Source: Actinobacteria bacterium Ga0077560 (GTDB lineage: Bacteria; Actinomycetota; Thermoleophilia; Miltoncostaeales; Miltoncostaeaceae). Taken from it: 64,000 nt of DNA. Positions 37,245 to 47,011 of the stretch are shown piece after piece. The stretch lies in NCBI GenBank assembly GCA_001464275.1, contig LNFL01000071.1:32894-96893 (forward strand), in the 5' to 3' direction. The number at the start of each line of letters is the position of its first letter. Position 1 is the stretch's first letter. The notes below the pieces were generated by a model, which ran no database searches, was not told the DNA's origin, and saw nothing but the letters and a program-made list of their open reading frames with translations. The translations under genes and the position numbers were made by a program.

Positions 37245-38061
37245 ACCGGCGCGCCACCGCGCCGTAGTCGACCGCCCCGTCCACGTCGGCGAACAGCCCG
37301 GTGGCGGTGTCGGCCAGCGGCTGCGGCCCGCCGGCCAGCGTGGAGGCGTGCCCCAGGTCCTTCAGCAGGTCCCGCACGCGGAAGCCGGGCCGGTGGTCGC
37401 CGTTCAGCACGCGCGGGAACAGGAACTCCAGCTGCCAGCTGGTGCCGGAGGACGCCAGCACCACCTGCCGCAGCAGGGCGGGGTCCACTCCGGCCCGCTG
37501 CCCCATGCCGAACGCCTCCGCGGTGGCCGCGCTGATGACCGCCACCAGCTGGTTGTTCACCAGCTTGGCCACCAGGCCGGCGCCGACGGGGCCGCAGTGC
37601 GTGCGCTTGGCCGGGTCGCCCATGGCGTCCAACGCCGGCGTCGCGGTGGCCAGGGCGTCCGCGTCCCCGCCGCACATGATGGCCAGGGTGCCGGCCTCGG
37701 CGCCGGGGGGTCCGCCGCTCACCGGGCAGTCCAGGTAGGCCACCCCCCGTGCGGCGCATTCGGCGGCCAGCTCGCGCGCGACGGCCGGGGCGATGGTGCT
37801 GAGCTCCACGATCACCGGGGGCGGGGTGGCCGCCTCCAGCGCGGCCCGCACGACGGCGCGGACGTCGTCGCTGTCGGTGACGCAGCTGCACATGAGGTCC
37901 CGTCCGTCGACGGCCTCGGCGATCGAGGGCGCGGGCGAGGCGGGCAGGCCCTCGACGCGCGACGGCGTGCGGGCGTACACCGTCACCTCGTGGCCGGCGG
38001 CGGCCAGGTTGCGGATCATCCCGGCGCCCATGAGGCCCGGGCCGACGAAACCGATGCGCAT
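37210..38061 (-). CDS. NAD(P)-dependent oxidoreductase, 3-hydroxyisobutyrate/6-phosphogluconate dehydrogenase-like
   Basis: MRIGFVGPGLMGAGMIRNL Rossmann start and a VDCPVSGG block. The convergent overlap with the cyclase gene end is 35 nt. Confidence 0.85.
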   Translation of the reverse strand: MRIGFVGPGLMGAGMIRNLAAAGHEVTVYARTPSRVEGLPASPAPSIAEAVDGRDLMCSCVTDSDDVRAVVRAALEAATPPPVIVELSTIAPAVARELAAECAARGVAYLDCPVSGGPPGAEAGTLAIMCGGDADALATATPALDAMGDPAKRTHCGPVGAGLVAKLVNNQLVAVISAATAEAFGMGQRAGVDPALLRQVVLASSGTSWQLEFLFPRVLNGDHRPGFRVRDLLKDLGHASTLAGGPQPLADTATGLFADVDGAVDYGAVARRFMELPEGPPAP

Positions 38062-38259
38062 GGAACCCTCCGACGGTGCGTGACCGGCGAAGCCTTGCAG
38101 GCGCGCAGGACACGGGGACCGGGAGGGGAACTGGTGAAGGGCCGCCGGGCGGCTCGGCACACGTCCGGTGATGCCGATCCGCTCCGATCAGGAACCTCTG
38201 CGCTGTGCCCTGAGCGCTGTGGTTCCGATTGCCGCGCGGGTGGGGAACGGCCCTTCGCT

Positions 38260-39363
38260 ATGAGTTTTACACAAGTTCATCCGCTCGCGTCGCCCCCTAT
38301 GCGTGGGGCAGAACATCCGCCCGCCCCGTCCGAATGGCCGGGTGCCGGGTTGCGTGCGCCCTCCCATCCCGGTACAGACCCACAGGTGAGCAGCCAGCCA
38401 GAGCGACAGCCGGCCCCGAGTCCCACCCCGCCCCCTCACCAGGAGACGCTCCTGGAGCGTGGCGAGGGTGCCGTGGACCGTGCGCGGCGGGGCGTGGTGA
38501 CGGTCACCAACCTCGTGGTGGGGGTGGTGATCCGCGGCCAGCGCGACAGCGTGACGGGCCTCGCGAGCCAGTTCGCCTACAACGCGTTCATCGCCACGAT
38601 CCCGCTGCTCATCGTAGTGCTCTCGGCGATCGGCCTCATCGGCGGCGAGAGCGCGCCCGGGAAGATCGTCGAGACGTACCGCGATCAGATCCCGGTGGCC
38701 TACCAGCCGGCCTTTCAGGACCTGCTCCAGCGGACCGTCACCGACCAGAACCGCGCGCTGCTGTTCCTCGTGCTCGGTGCCGCCGGCGCCCTGTACCTGG
38801 CCGGCAACGCGATCGGCGCGCTCATGGTGGGCCTCGACCGCTCCCGCGGCGTCCCCCACCGGTCGTGGATCCACACGAAGGTCGTCGGCATCAAGTTCGC
38901 CGCCATCTGGAGTGTGCTGATGGTGGCCGTCAACGGCCTGCTGCTGGTGGGCCAGCGGCTCATCGACTGGGCGGACGAGCGCTGGGCGCTCGAGAACGAT
39001 GCCGTGCTGACGCTGCTGAACATCCTGTTCCCGGCCGCCACGCTTCTGCTGCTGCTCATGGTGTGGGTGCTCTACCGGCACGGCCCGAACGCCTCCCGAC
39101 GCCGGCTCCTGGCCTACATGCCGGGCATCCTCGTGGCCGCCGTCGGGATCATCGGGTTCACCCAGCTGTTCGCGGTCTACGTGAGCAACTTCACGACGTT
39201 CAACGTCTACGGGACCCTGTTCGGCGTGGTCGTCTACCTCACGCTGCTCTGGGGAATCGGGGTGGCGCTGCTCGGCGGCGCCGAGGTGAACGAGGAGATC
39301 CTCGCCATGCGCCGCGGCCGTCCCACGGTGACGCCCCGCCGCCGCTCGGTCGACCAGGACTGA
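38260..39363 (+). CDS. YihY/BrkB-family membrane protein
   Basis: GLASQFAYNAFIATIPLLIVVLS...YGTLFGVVVYLTLLW pattern with multiple TM helices. The start is uncertain (Pro-rich N-terminal extension). Confidence 0.75.
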   Translation: MSFTQVHPLASPPMRGAEHPPAPSEWPGAGLRAPSHPGTDPQVSSQPERQPAPSPTPPPHQETLLERGEGAVDRARRGVVTVTNLVVGVVIRGQRDSVTGLASQFAYNAFIATIPLLIVVLSAIGLIGGESAPGKIVETYRDQIPVAYQPAFQDLLQRTVTDQNRALLFLVLGAAGALYLAGNAIGALMVGLDRSRGVPHRSWIHTKVVGIKFAAIWSVLMVAVNGLLLVGQRLIDWADERWALENDAVLTLLNILFPAATLLLLLMVWVLYRHGPNASRRRLLAYMPGILVAAVGIIGFTQLFAVYVSNFTTFNVYGTLFGVVVYLTLLWGIGVALLGGAEVNEEILAMRRGRPTVTPRRRSVDQD

Positions 39364-39378
39364 CCGCCCGACGCCGGC

Positions 39379-40260
39379 TCACGACGCCGGCGCGGTTCCC
39401 GGCTCCATCGGGCTCCGGGCGGTGAGCACCGCATCCAGCACCTCGTCCGCGTGCCGGACCTCCGCGCCGAATCGCGCATCGACGCCCAGCACGAGCGGGG
39501 CGCCGCCGACCGCCCGCCGGACCGCCACGGTCACCGGTCCGCGCAGCCCGAGGACGCGCGCCGCCGTGAGCGCGAGACCGGCCACGTCGGGCGCCTCCAC
39601 GCGCCGCGCGCCGATGACGCCGCCGATCGTGCCACGCATCCGCGTGGCCCACTCGATCACCACCACGCGGTCCAGCGCGGGATCATCGTGCATGGCGACA
39701 TACGCCGCGTATCCGGTCCCCGGCGCGAACTCCTGCACGATGTCGTCCCACCGAATCGGCCGCAGGGGCGCGGGCGGACGGCGGTGCAACCGCGCCGCGC
39801 GAGCCGTGCGGGCGGCCCTGGGCCTGGTGACGAACGGGACGCCGATGCCATCCCTGATCGCACGGCGACCCGCATCGGCGCCCAGGAGGGTCCGGGGCAC
39901 CGCGACGCCGGCGGCCCGCAGGGCCCGGTGGGTCAGCCATCGGTCCCCAGCGGTGATGACCGCGTTCGCGGGGCCCATCAGGACCGGAATCTCGGGCCGC
40001 GACACGCGGAGCGACCTCGCCAGGACATCAAGCTCGTCGTCCGCGGCCGGGATGATGAGCTCGGCCCGCACCGCCCTGGCGAGCCCCACCAGCACGGTCG
40101 GGAACGCCGGGTCGCTTGCCGCCGGCACCGCGATCGTTCCGGGTGGCGCGGTTTGGAGGTTCACCGCTGCGGGCACGGCGGCGATACCGCGCGCCGACAG
40201 CATCGCCAGCAGCGACCGCCCGGCCGGGTCGCCCGCCGCCGTGACCAGGATCCTGCGCAT
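39379..40260 (-). CDS. ATP-grasp-like protein (putative carboxylate-amine ligase)
   Basis: MRRILVTAAGDPAG...IIPAADDEL...DRWLTHRAL...IVQEFAPG...VLGVDARFG follows the ATP-grasp layout. The Gly-rich ATP loop is replaced by VTRPRAARTARAARL. Confidence 0.5.
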   Translation of the reverse strand: MRRILVTAAGDPAGRSLLAMLSARGIAAVPAAVNLQTAPPGTIAVPAASDPAFPTVLVGLARAVRAELIIPAADDELDVLARSLRVSRPEIPVLMGPANAVITAGDRWLTHRALRAAGVAVPRTLLGADAGRRAIRDGIGVPFVTRPRAARTARAARLHRRPPAPLRPIRWDDIVQEFAPGTGYAAYVAMHDDPALDRVVVIEWATRMRGTIGGVIGARRVEAPDVAGLALTAARVLGLRGPVTVAVRRAVGGAPLVLGVDARFGAEVRHADEVLDAVLTARSPMEPGTAPAS

Positions 40261-40456
40261 CAGGCCCGCTCGGTGAACGGCGACGCGTGCGGCTCGGGCA
40301 TCTCGGGTTCCTCACGTGGACGGGACGATGTCGCGAGTCTCGTCACGCGAGGTGAGGCGTGGATGAGGCCCCCATGAGAGACGTCTCATCCCGGTTCCCG
40401 GACGCTTCGGGCACTCGTGTCCGGCCGCGCGGGCCCGGCGGATCAGGAGCGGGGCG

Positions 40457-41272
40457 TCACCGTTGGCAGGCGGGGCACCAGTACGTGGTGCGGTTCGCGT
40501 CGCCCTGGCCTCGTGAGCGCACCGGCGTTCCGCACCGACGGCACGGCAGCCCCCGGCGGCCGTAGACCCACTTCTCTCCCGACGGGCGCAGCCCGGGCGG
40601 CCGTCCCGGCCGGTCGTAGGTGCTGATGCGGCCGCGGTCGCGCACCCCGCGCTCCAGCAGCTGGGCGGCGAGCTCCCCCACGCGGGCGGCCTCCTGCTCG
40701 GTCAGCGACCCCACCGCGCGCCAGGGGTCGATCCCCGCAAGGAACAGGCTCTCGCTCTTGTAGACGTTGCCGATCCCCGAGACCACGCGCTGGTCCATCA
40801 GCGCGTCGCCCACCTGCCGGCCCGGGTCGCAGCGGCGCAGGGCGGCCGCGGTGTCGGCCCCGGGGTCGGTGGCGACCGCCAGCAGATCCTTGCCCAGCCG
40901 CTGCACCGCGATGGGCAGCGGCTCGCCGGGTTCCAGCAGGCGCACGTTGGGGCACCGGTACAGCGCCGCGGTGAGCCCCTGCACCGACAGTCCCAGGAAC
41001 AGGCCGTGCGGCGACACCGTCCGACCGTCGGGCACCAGTCGCCACACGCCGCTCATCATCAGGTGCGAGTGCAGCACCCGCCCGCTGGCGAACCGCAGCA
41101 GGTGGTGCTTGCCGCGGGCCTCCGCGCCCTCCACCGTGTCGCCCTCCAGGCGCTCGGGGATGCGCTGGGTGGCGATCATCGGCTCCTCGCTCCACACCCG
41201 CACCAGGGGCCGGCCCGCCAGCAGCCGGTTCCAGTCCCGGGCGTTGCGGTGGCTCACCTGGCCCTCAGGCAC
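40457..41272 (-). CDS. nei: Fpg/Nei-family DNA glycosylase (endonuclease VIII-like, Nei2 type)
   Basis: N-terminal MPEG, an H2TH region (GIGNVYKSESLF) and a C-terminal zinc finger CRRCGTPV...YWCPACQ. Overlaps the lhr stop by 8 nt. Confidence 0.88.
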   Translation of the reverse strand: MPEGQVSHRNARDWNRLLAGRPLVRVWSEEPMIATQRIPERLEGDTVEGAEARGKHHLLRFASGRVLHSHLMMSGVWRLVPDGRTVSPHGLFLGLSVQGLTAALYRCPNVRLLEPGEPLPIAVQRLGKDLLAVATDPGADTAAALRRCDPGRQVGDALMDQRVVSGIGNVYKSESLFLAGIDPWRAVGSLTEQEAARVGELAAQLLERGVRDRGRISTYDRPGRPPGLRPSGEKWVYGRRGLPCRRCGTPVRSRGQGDANRTTYWCPACQR

Positions 41273-44200
41273 GCAGCAGCATCCCCTTCAGGTCAACGCG
41301 GAAACCCGCGGCGCCGAGCAGGTCGGCCCACACGGTCCCGGTCACCGGCTCACCGTCCACCCGCTCCACCAGCAGCCTGCGCGACCGGTCGGCCCGCACC
41401 CAGGCGGCCAGGGCCTCCAGCGCCGGGCCGGTCCACTCCGGGTCGGGGTCGCGGAACGTGGTGAGCGACCGGCCGCCACGCTCCACGTGGAGGGCCGGGG
41501 AGCCGTCCAGCAGCACCAGCTGGGCGCCGTGCACCCGCGACGGTGCCCGCCGGCCGCGGCTCTGCGGCCAGGCCAGAGCGGCGCCGTACGGCTGGGCGGG
41601 GTCCGCCGCGCCGATCACCACGGCGTCCACCGGCTCACCGGGCCGCCGGTCGCGCAGGTCCCGCAGCCGCTCGATGGCACCGGGCAGGGCGAACTGGGCG
41701 CCGCCCAGGCCCTCCACGAAGTACCCGCGGCGGCACATGCCGACGGTCTCCAGGTCGCCCAGCGCCTGGTACACCGCGCTGAAGCCGCCCGCCACGCCCT
41801 CGCCCAGCACGGCCCCGCGGGTCACCACGCCGTGGCGCTCCAGCAGCAGCTCGGCCTGCGCGCGGCGCCGTTCGGCCGGCGGGGCCGCCCCGCGGGTGAA
41901 CAGGCGCTCCGCCCGCGACCAGCGCCCCGCGACGGCGGCCATCCCGCCCCGGGCGGGGGCGCGGCGCATCGACAGACGGGACCCGCCCGGACGCGCCGCC
42001 CGCGCCGCCAGAGCGGGCAGGCGCCGCGGCGCCCGGAGCGGCGCCCACAGGTCGTTGGTGGCCTCGCCCGCCCACACCAGCCCCCACAGCGCGGCGAAGA
42101 CCTCCTCGCGCGGCGCCTCGACACTCTCCAGCAGGTCGTCCCAGAACAGCGCCCCGCCGGACAGGGCCTCGCGCACGGCGGTCACCACCGGGTCGTCGGC
42201 CGGCGGATCCGCGGCGCCCGAGGGCGGCCCCAGCAGCGGCGCGTCGTCGCGCAGGTACAGCGCCACCCGCCCCTGGCCGGCGCCGGTCCACACCACCTCT
42301 CCGGCGCCGGCCAGCTGGTCGAGCCAGGCGGGGCTGTAGGCGCCCAGGCGGCGGGGCAGCGTCTCGGTCTCCCACTGGGCGGCCGGCAGGGCGATGCCCT
42401 GCAGCCGGGCGATCACGTCGCGCAGCCCGTCGGCGCCGGGGGCGGCGGGCGGCCGGTCGATGCCGTGCCAGGCGGGCAGGAACCGGCCCATCGCCGCGGG
42501 GTCCGCCGGCTCGACCTCCTTGCGCAGCACCGCCAGGCTCGCCCGCCGCAGACGCCGCAGGACCTCTGCGTCGCACCACTCCCGGCCGCTGCCGCCCGGG
42601 CGCATCTCGCCCCGCACCACCGCGCCCGAGCCCTCCAGCCCGGCCAGCGCCGCCTCCGCCGCTCCGCGGGAGATGCCGAGGCGATCGGCGAGATCCCCGG
42701 CGGGGAACGGCCCGTGCGTGCGGGCGTACCGGGCCACCAACCCGGTCAGCGCATCCTCCACCGGCTCCAGGAACACGGCCGGCAGGCCCGAGGGCGGCAT
42801 CACCCCCAGGCCGTCGCGGTAGCGCGCGGCATCCTCGGCGGCGATCCACCGCTCCTCGCCGGCCAGGCGGATGCGGGCGGCACGGCGCTCGCCGGCCAGC
42901 GCGTCGAGCCACGCGGCGGCCTCAGCGGGCGCGGTGATGCGGGCCCGCACCTCGGTCTCGGTGAGGTCGCCCACCCGGCGCAGCAGGTCGTGCAGGCCGT
43001 CGGCGCTCCGGGCGCGGGCGCGCTCGGACCGGCCCTGCAGGTCGTCCTCCACCTGCTCCAGGGCGTTCGGGTCGATGAGCTCCCGCAGCTCGTCGCGGCC
43101 CAGCAGCTCGCGCAGCAGGTCCCGGTCGAGTGCCAGCGCCTGCGCCCGGCGCTCGGCCACCGGCGCGTCGCCCTCGTACATGTAGGTCTGCACGTACTCG
43201 AACAGCAGGCTGGAGGCGAACGGGGAGGGGGACTGGGTCTCCACCTCCACCACCCCCACCTCCCGGGAGCGGATCCGCATGAGCAGATCGCGCAGCGCCG
43301 GCAGGTCGAACCAGTCGTTCAGGCACTCCCGGTAGGTCTCCAGGATCACCGGGAAGCTGCCGTACTTGCGGGCCACCTGCAGCAGCGAGGACGCCCGCAG
43401 CCGCTGCTGCCACAGCGGCGTGCGCTGGCCGGGCCGGCGACGGGGGATGAGCAGCGCCCGCGCCGCGTTCTCGCGGAAGCGCGCGCCGAACAGGGCGGTG
43501 CCGCCCAGCTCGCCCAGGACCAGCTCGTCCAGCTCGTCGGGGTCGATCAGGGCCACCTCGGCCGACGGGGCCGTCTCGGCCTCCGGCAGGTGGATGGCGA
43601 TGCCGTCGTCGGTCCAGATGCCGTGGGCCTCCTGGCCCATGGTCTCCCGGATGCGCACGCCCAGTGCCATCGCCCAGGGGGCGTGCACGCGGGCGCCGTA
43701 CGGGCTCAGCACGCACAGCCGCCAGTCCCCGATCTCGTCGCGGAAGCGCTCCACCACCACGGCCCGGTCGCTGGGCACCGTGCCGGTGGCGGCGGCCTGG
43801 TCGTGCAGGTACTGCACCAGGTTCGTGGCGGCGCGCTCGTCGAAGCGGCTGTCCTTCCGCAGGCGCGCGATCGCGGTGTCGCGGTTGGCGCTCACCAGCT
43901 CCCGCGCGGTGCGCCCCACCGCGGCGCCCAGCTCGGCGGGGCGGCCCACGCCCTCACCGCGCCAGAAGGGCACGGCGCCGGGAACGCCGGGGGCGGGGGA
44001 CACCAGCACCCGGTCGCGGGTGATCTCCTCGATGCGCCACGTGGAGGCGCCCAGCAGGAACGTCTGGCCCGCCCGGGCCTCGTAGACCATCTCCTCGTCC
44101 AGCTCGCCCACGCGGCTGCTGCCGTCGGCCAGGTACACGCCGTAGAGGCCACGGTCGGGGATGGTGCCGGCGTTCTGGACCGCCAGCTGCCGTGCGCCCG

Positions 44201-45725
44201 GGCGGGCGCGCACGGTGCCGGCCACGCGGTCCCACACCACCCGGGGCCGCAGCTCGGCGAACTCGTCGGACGGGTACCGGCCGGCGAGCATGTCCAGCAC
44301 GTTCTCCAGCTGCTCGCGGCTCAGCTCGGCGAACGGGTACGCGCCGCGGGCCACCTCCAGCAGCTCCTCCACCGTCCACGAGCCGTCCACGCTGATGGCC
44401 ACCAGCTGCTGGGCGAGCACGTCCAGGGGCAGGCGGGGGATGGTGGTGTGCTCGATCTCCCCGTCGCGCATGCGTTGCACCACCGCGGCGCACTCCAGCA
44501 GGTCCCCGCGGAACTTCGGGAAGATGCGCCCGCGGCTGGCGGCGCCCACCGAGTGCCCGGCCCGGCCCACCCGCTGGATCCCACGGGCGACGCTGCGCGG
44601 GCTCTCCACCTGGATCACCAGGTCCACGGCGCCCATGTCGATGCCCAGCTCCAGGCTGGAGGTGGCCACCAGCGCGGGGATGCGCCCGGCCTTCAGGTCC
44701 TCTTCGATGATGAGCCGCTGCTCGCGGGCCACGCTGCCGTGGTGGGCGCGGGCGATCTCCTCGCCGGCCAGCTCGTTCAGTCGCAGGGCCAGACGCTCGG
44801 CGAGCCGCCGGTTGTTCACGAAGATGAGCGTGCTGGAGTGGGCCTTCACCAGCTCCACCAGCTTGGGGTACATGGCCGGCCAGATCGATCGCCGCGTGGA
44901 CTCCATGCCGGCCACGGCGTCGGCGGCCTCCGCCAGCGGCACGGGCCCGTCGGACCCCAGCTCGGACATGTCCTCGACGGGGACGATCACCTCGAGGTCG
45001 AGCTCCTTGCCGCCGGAGGCGTCCACGACCTCCACCTCGCGGGGCCTGCCCTCGGCGTCCTGCCCGCCCAGGAACCGGGCGATCTCGCTGAGCGGCCGCT
45101 GGGTGGCCGACAGGCCGATGCGCTGCACCGTGCCGCCGTCGCCCGCCACCAGCCGCTCCAGCCGCTCCAGCGACAGGGCCAGGTGCGCGCCGCGCTTGGT
45201 GGCGGCCACCGCGTGGATCTCGTCGATGATCACCGTGCGGACGCCGGTGAGCACCTCCTGCGCCCGGCTGGTGAGCATGAGGTACAGGCTCTCGGGCGTG
45301 GTGATGAGCACGTCCGGGGGACGGCGGATCATCCGCTGGCGGTCCACCTGCGGGGTGTCCCCGGTGCGCACCGCCACCGAGATCTCCGGCAGCGTCAGCC
45401 CCGCGCGGTTCGCCGCGTCGGCCAGGCCGGCCAGCGGCCCCGACAGGTTGCGCTCCACGTCGTAGTTCAGGGCCTTCAGCGGTGAGACGTAGAGAATGCG
45501 GTCCGGGGTGCGGCCCTCGAGTTTCGCGGCCATGAGCCGGTCGAGCGCCCACAGGAACGCCGTGAGCGTCTTGCCCGACCCGGTGGGGGCGAGGATGAGC
45601 GTGTGGTGCCCGGCGGCGATGGCCGGCCACCCGCCGCGCTGGGCCGCGGTGGGCTCCGCGAACGCCCTGCCGAACCACTCCGCCGTGAGCGGATGGAAAC
45701 GTCCGAGGGCGGGATCGGGAGCCAC
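41265..45725 (-). CDS. lhr: ATP-dependent helicase Lhr (large DEAH superfamily-2 helicase)
   Basis: Walker A ILAPTGSGKT, motif II DEIH and HHGSVAREQR. The ~1486-aa length with a long C-terminal domain is typical of Lhr. GTG start at 45725 (VAPDPALGRFHPL); the longer ORF prefix has no helicase content. Confidence 0.9.
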   Translation of the reverse strand: MAPDPALGRFHPLTAEWFGRAFAEPTAAQRGGWPAIAAGHHTLILAPTGSGKTLTAFLWALDRLMAAKLEGRTPDRILYVSPLKALNYDVERNLSGPLAGLADAANRAGLTLPEISVAVRTGDTPQVDRQRMIRRPPDVLITTPESLYLMLTSRAQEVLTGVRTVIIDEIHAVAATKRGAHLALSLERLERLVAGDGGTVQRIGLSATQRPLSEIARFLGGQDAEGRPREVEVVDASGGKELDLEVIVPVEDMSELGSDGPVPLAEAADAVAGMESTRRSIWPAMYPKLVELVKAHSSTLIFVNNRRLAERLALRLNELAGEEIARAHHGSVAREQRLIIEEDLKAGRIPALVATSSLELGIDMGAVDLVIQVESPRSVARGIQRVGRAGHSVGAASRGRIFPKFRGDLLECAAVVQRMRDGEIEHTTIPRLPLDVLAQQLVAISVDGSWTVEELLEVARGAYPFAELSREQLENVLDMLAGRYPSDEFAELRPRVVWDRVAGTVRARPGARQLAVQNAGTIPDRGLYGVYLADGSSRVGELDEEMVYEARAGQTFLLGASTWRIEEITRDRVLVSPAPGVPGAVPFWRGEGVGRPAELGAAVGRTARELVSANRDTAIARLRKDSRFDERAATNLVQYLHDQAAATGTVPSDRAVVVERFRDEIGDWRLCVLSPYGARVHAPWAMALGVRIRETMGQEAHGIWTDDGIAIHLPEAETAPSAEVALIDPDELDELVLGELGGTALFGARFRENAARALLIPRRRPGQRTPLWQQRLRASSLLQVARKYGSFPVILETYRECLNDWFDLPALRDLLMRIRSREVGVVEVETQSPSPFASSLLFEYVQTYMYEGDAPVAERRAQALALDRDLLRELLGRDELRELIDPNALEQVEDDLQGRSERARARSADGLHDLLRRVGDLTETEVRARITAPAEAAAWLDALAGERRAARIRLAGEERWIAAEDAARYRDGLGVMPPSGLPAVFLEPVEDALTGLVARYARTHGPFPAGDLADRLGISRGAAEAALAGLEGSGAVVRGEMRPGGSGREWCDAEVLRRLRRASLAVLRKEVEPADPAAMGRFLPAWHGIDRPPAAPGADGLRDVIARLQGIALPAAQWETETLPRRLGAYSPAWLDQLAGAGEVVWTGAGQGRVALYLRDDAPLLGPPSGAADPPADDPVVTAVREALSGGALFWDDLLESVEAPREEVFAALWGLVWAGEATNDLWAPLRAPRRLPALAARAARPGGSRLSMRRAPARGGMAAVAGRWSRAERLFTRGAAPPAERRRAQAELLLERHGVVTRGAVLGEGVAGGFSAVYQALGDLETVGMCRRGYFVEGLGGAQFALPGAIERLRDLRDRRPGEPVDAVVIGAADPAQPYGAALAWPQSRGRRAPSRVHGAQLVLLDGSPALHVERGGRSLTTFRDPDPEWTGPALEALAAWVRADRSRRLLVERVDGEPVTGTVWADLLGAAGFRVDLKGMLLRA

Positions 45726-45807
45726 CCGTCGATCGTAGAGCCGCCATCGGCGTCCGGCCCCGACTCCGGGCCTCAAGTGCGGGGGCGATGCCGCCGAGTG
45801 GGATGAC

Positions 45808-46662
45808 GTGCAGCCAATCGAGGAAATCGGGATCCAGGCGACCCTCGCGCGGATCCGCGAGATCACCGCGCCGGCGGTCGCGCCGGCCACGGCGTCCGGC
45901 GCCGCCCAGAGCGGCCTCTCGTCCTCGGCGTTCGCCCAGCAGCTGGCAACCGCCCAGGGCACGGGCTTCGGCGACCTGTCGACCGGCCTGCTGCCCGCGC
46001 AATACGCGGCGCTCGGCGGCAACAACCCCACCGCGACCGCCACGGCGCTCGCGGCCCTGCGCGGCACCGGCAGCCCGCTGGCCGCCCAGTACGCGAACCC
46101 GGCGCTCGCCGGCGTGCCGTCGCTCACCACCGCCCTCACCGGCCCGCAGCCCGTCGCGGGTGCGCCGGCCGGCACCACCACCGGCACGGCCGGTCCGCAG
46201 GGCCAGTTCATCGCGCGCCTGGCCGCGCAGGAGCTGGGCGTGCGCGAGGACCCGCCCGGGTCGAACAACGGCACCCGGATCGCCGAGTACCGCACGGCCA
46301 CCGCCAACGCCGGCGTCGGCCCGTGGTGCAGCTACTTCACCTCGTGGGTCGCGGCCCAGGCCGGCGTCCCCATCGGCCCCACCGGCCAGGGCGAGGGCTG
46401 GGTGCCCAACGTGGAGTCGTGGGCCAAGCAGACCGGCCGGTGGATGCCCGCCGGATCCGAGACCCCGCCGCAGGCCGGCGACCTGGTGGTGTTCGACCGC
46501 AACGGGGACGGCCTCACCGACCACATCGGCGTGGTGAGCGGCGTTCGCCCGGACGGCGGGATCAGCACCGTGGAGGGCAACTCCAGCGATGCCGTGTCGG
46601 CCCGGACGTACGGGCGCGGTGAATGGGCCGGGATCGTCCGGCTGTTGCCGCCCGGCGCCTGA
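45808..46662 (+). CDS. CHAP-domain cell-wall hydrolase (amidase/endopeptidase)
   Basis: C-terminal CHAP pattern GPWCSYFTSWV...GDLVVFDRNGDGLTDHIGVV...EGN. Ala/Gly/Pro/Thr-rich N-terminal half. GTG start. Confidence 0.75.
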   Translation: MQPIEEIGIQATLARIREITAPAVAPATASGAAQSGLSSSAFAQQLATAQGTGFGDLSTGLLPAQYAALGGNNPTATATALAALRGTGSPLAAQYANPALAGVPSLTTALTGPQPVAGAPAGTTTGTAGPQGQFIARLAAQELGVREDPPGSNNGTRIAEYRTATANAGVGPWCSYFTSWVAAQAGVPIGPTGQGEGWVPNVESWAKQTGRWMPAGSETPPQAGDLVVFDRNGDGLTDHIGVVSGVRPDGGISTVEGNSSDAVSARTYGRGEWAGIVRLLPPGA

Positions 46663-46700
46663 CCCTCGCGAGCACCGCCACCCCGGGTATCCTTCCGTCC

Positions 46701-47006
46701 ATGGGGACCGTGGAAACCGGCACGCCCCCGGCAATCCGCCCGCGTGAGCGCGACACCGCAGGCGGGGGCGGTTACGGGGAATCGACGCACGTCATCGTGC
46801 TCAATGACAACCACAACACGTTCGAGCACGTGGCGAGCACGCTCGCCCGGTACATCCCGGGCGTCGATCGCGCGCGCGGCATGCAGCTGGCGAACAAGAT
46901 CCACAACGCCGGTCAGGCGCGGGTGTGGAGCGGCCACCGGGAGATCGCCGAGCTGTACTGGGACCAGCTGAACGGAGCGGGTCTCACCATGGCGCCGCTC
47001 GCCTAG
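46701..47006 (+). CDS. clpS: ATP-dependent Clp protease adaptor ClpS
   Basis: VIVLNDNHNTFEHVASTL...A.QLANKIHNAGQARVW is the ClpS core. Confidence 0.85.
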   Translation: MGTVETGTPPAIRPRERDTAGGGGYGESTHVIVLNDNHNTFEHVASTLARYIPGVDRARGMQLANKIHNAGQARVWSGHREIAELYWDQLNGAGLTMAPLA

Positions 47007-47011
47007 CCGCC

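Noticed and set aside
40330-40420. Palindromic segment ggatgag...gagacgtctc...ctcatcc in the gap between the ATP-grasp gene and nei
   Set aside because: The stems are short (7 bp and a 10-bp palindrome) with a long loop. There is no adjacent regulator or conservation evidence available from the sequence alone.
40767-45485. 1572-aa ORF on the + strand, with similar giants at 59176-63885 (+), 22218-25349 (+), 48906-52250 (-), 31129-33549 (-) and 43954-46734 (-)
   Set aside because: They lie antisense to, or out of frame with, genes that have clear motifs (lhr, kgd, FkbM/TGase, the paralog cluster, ABC/GH15). Their translations are low-complexity Arg/Pro/Gly/Ala/His strings with no motifs. These are classic shadow ORFs of stop-codon-poor high-GC DNA.
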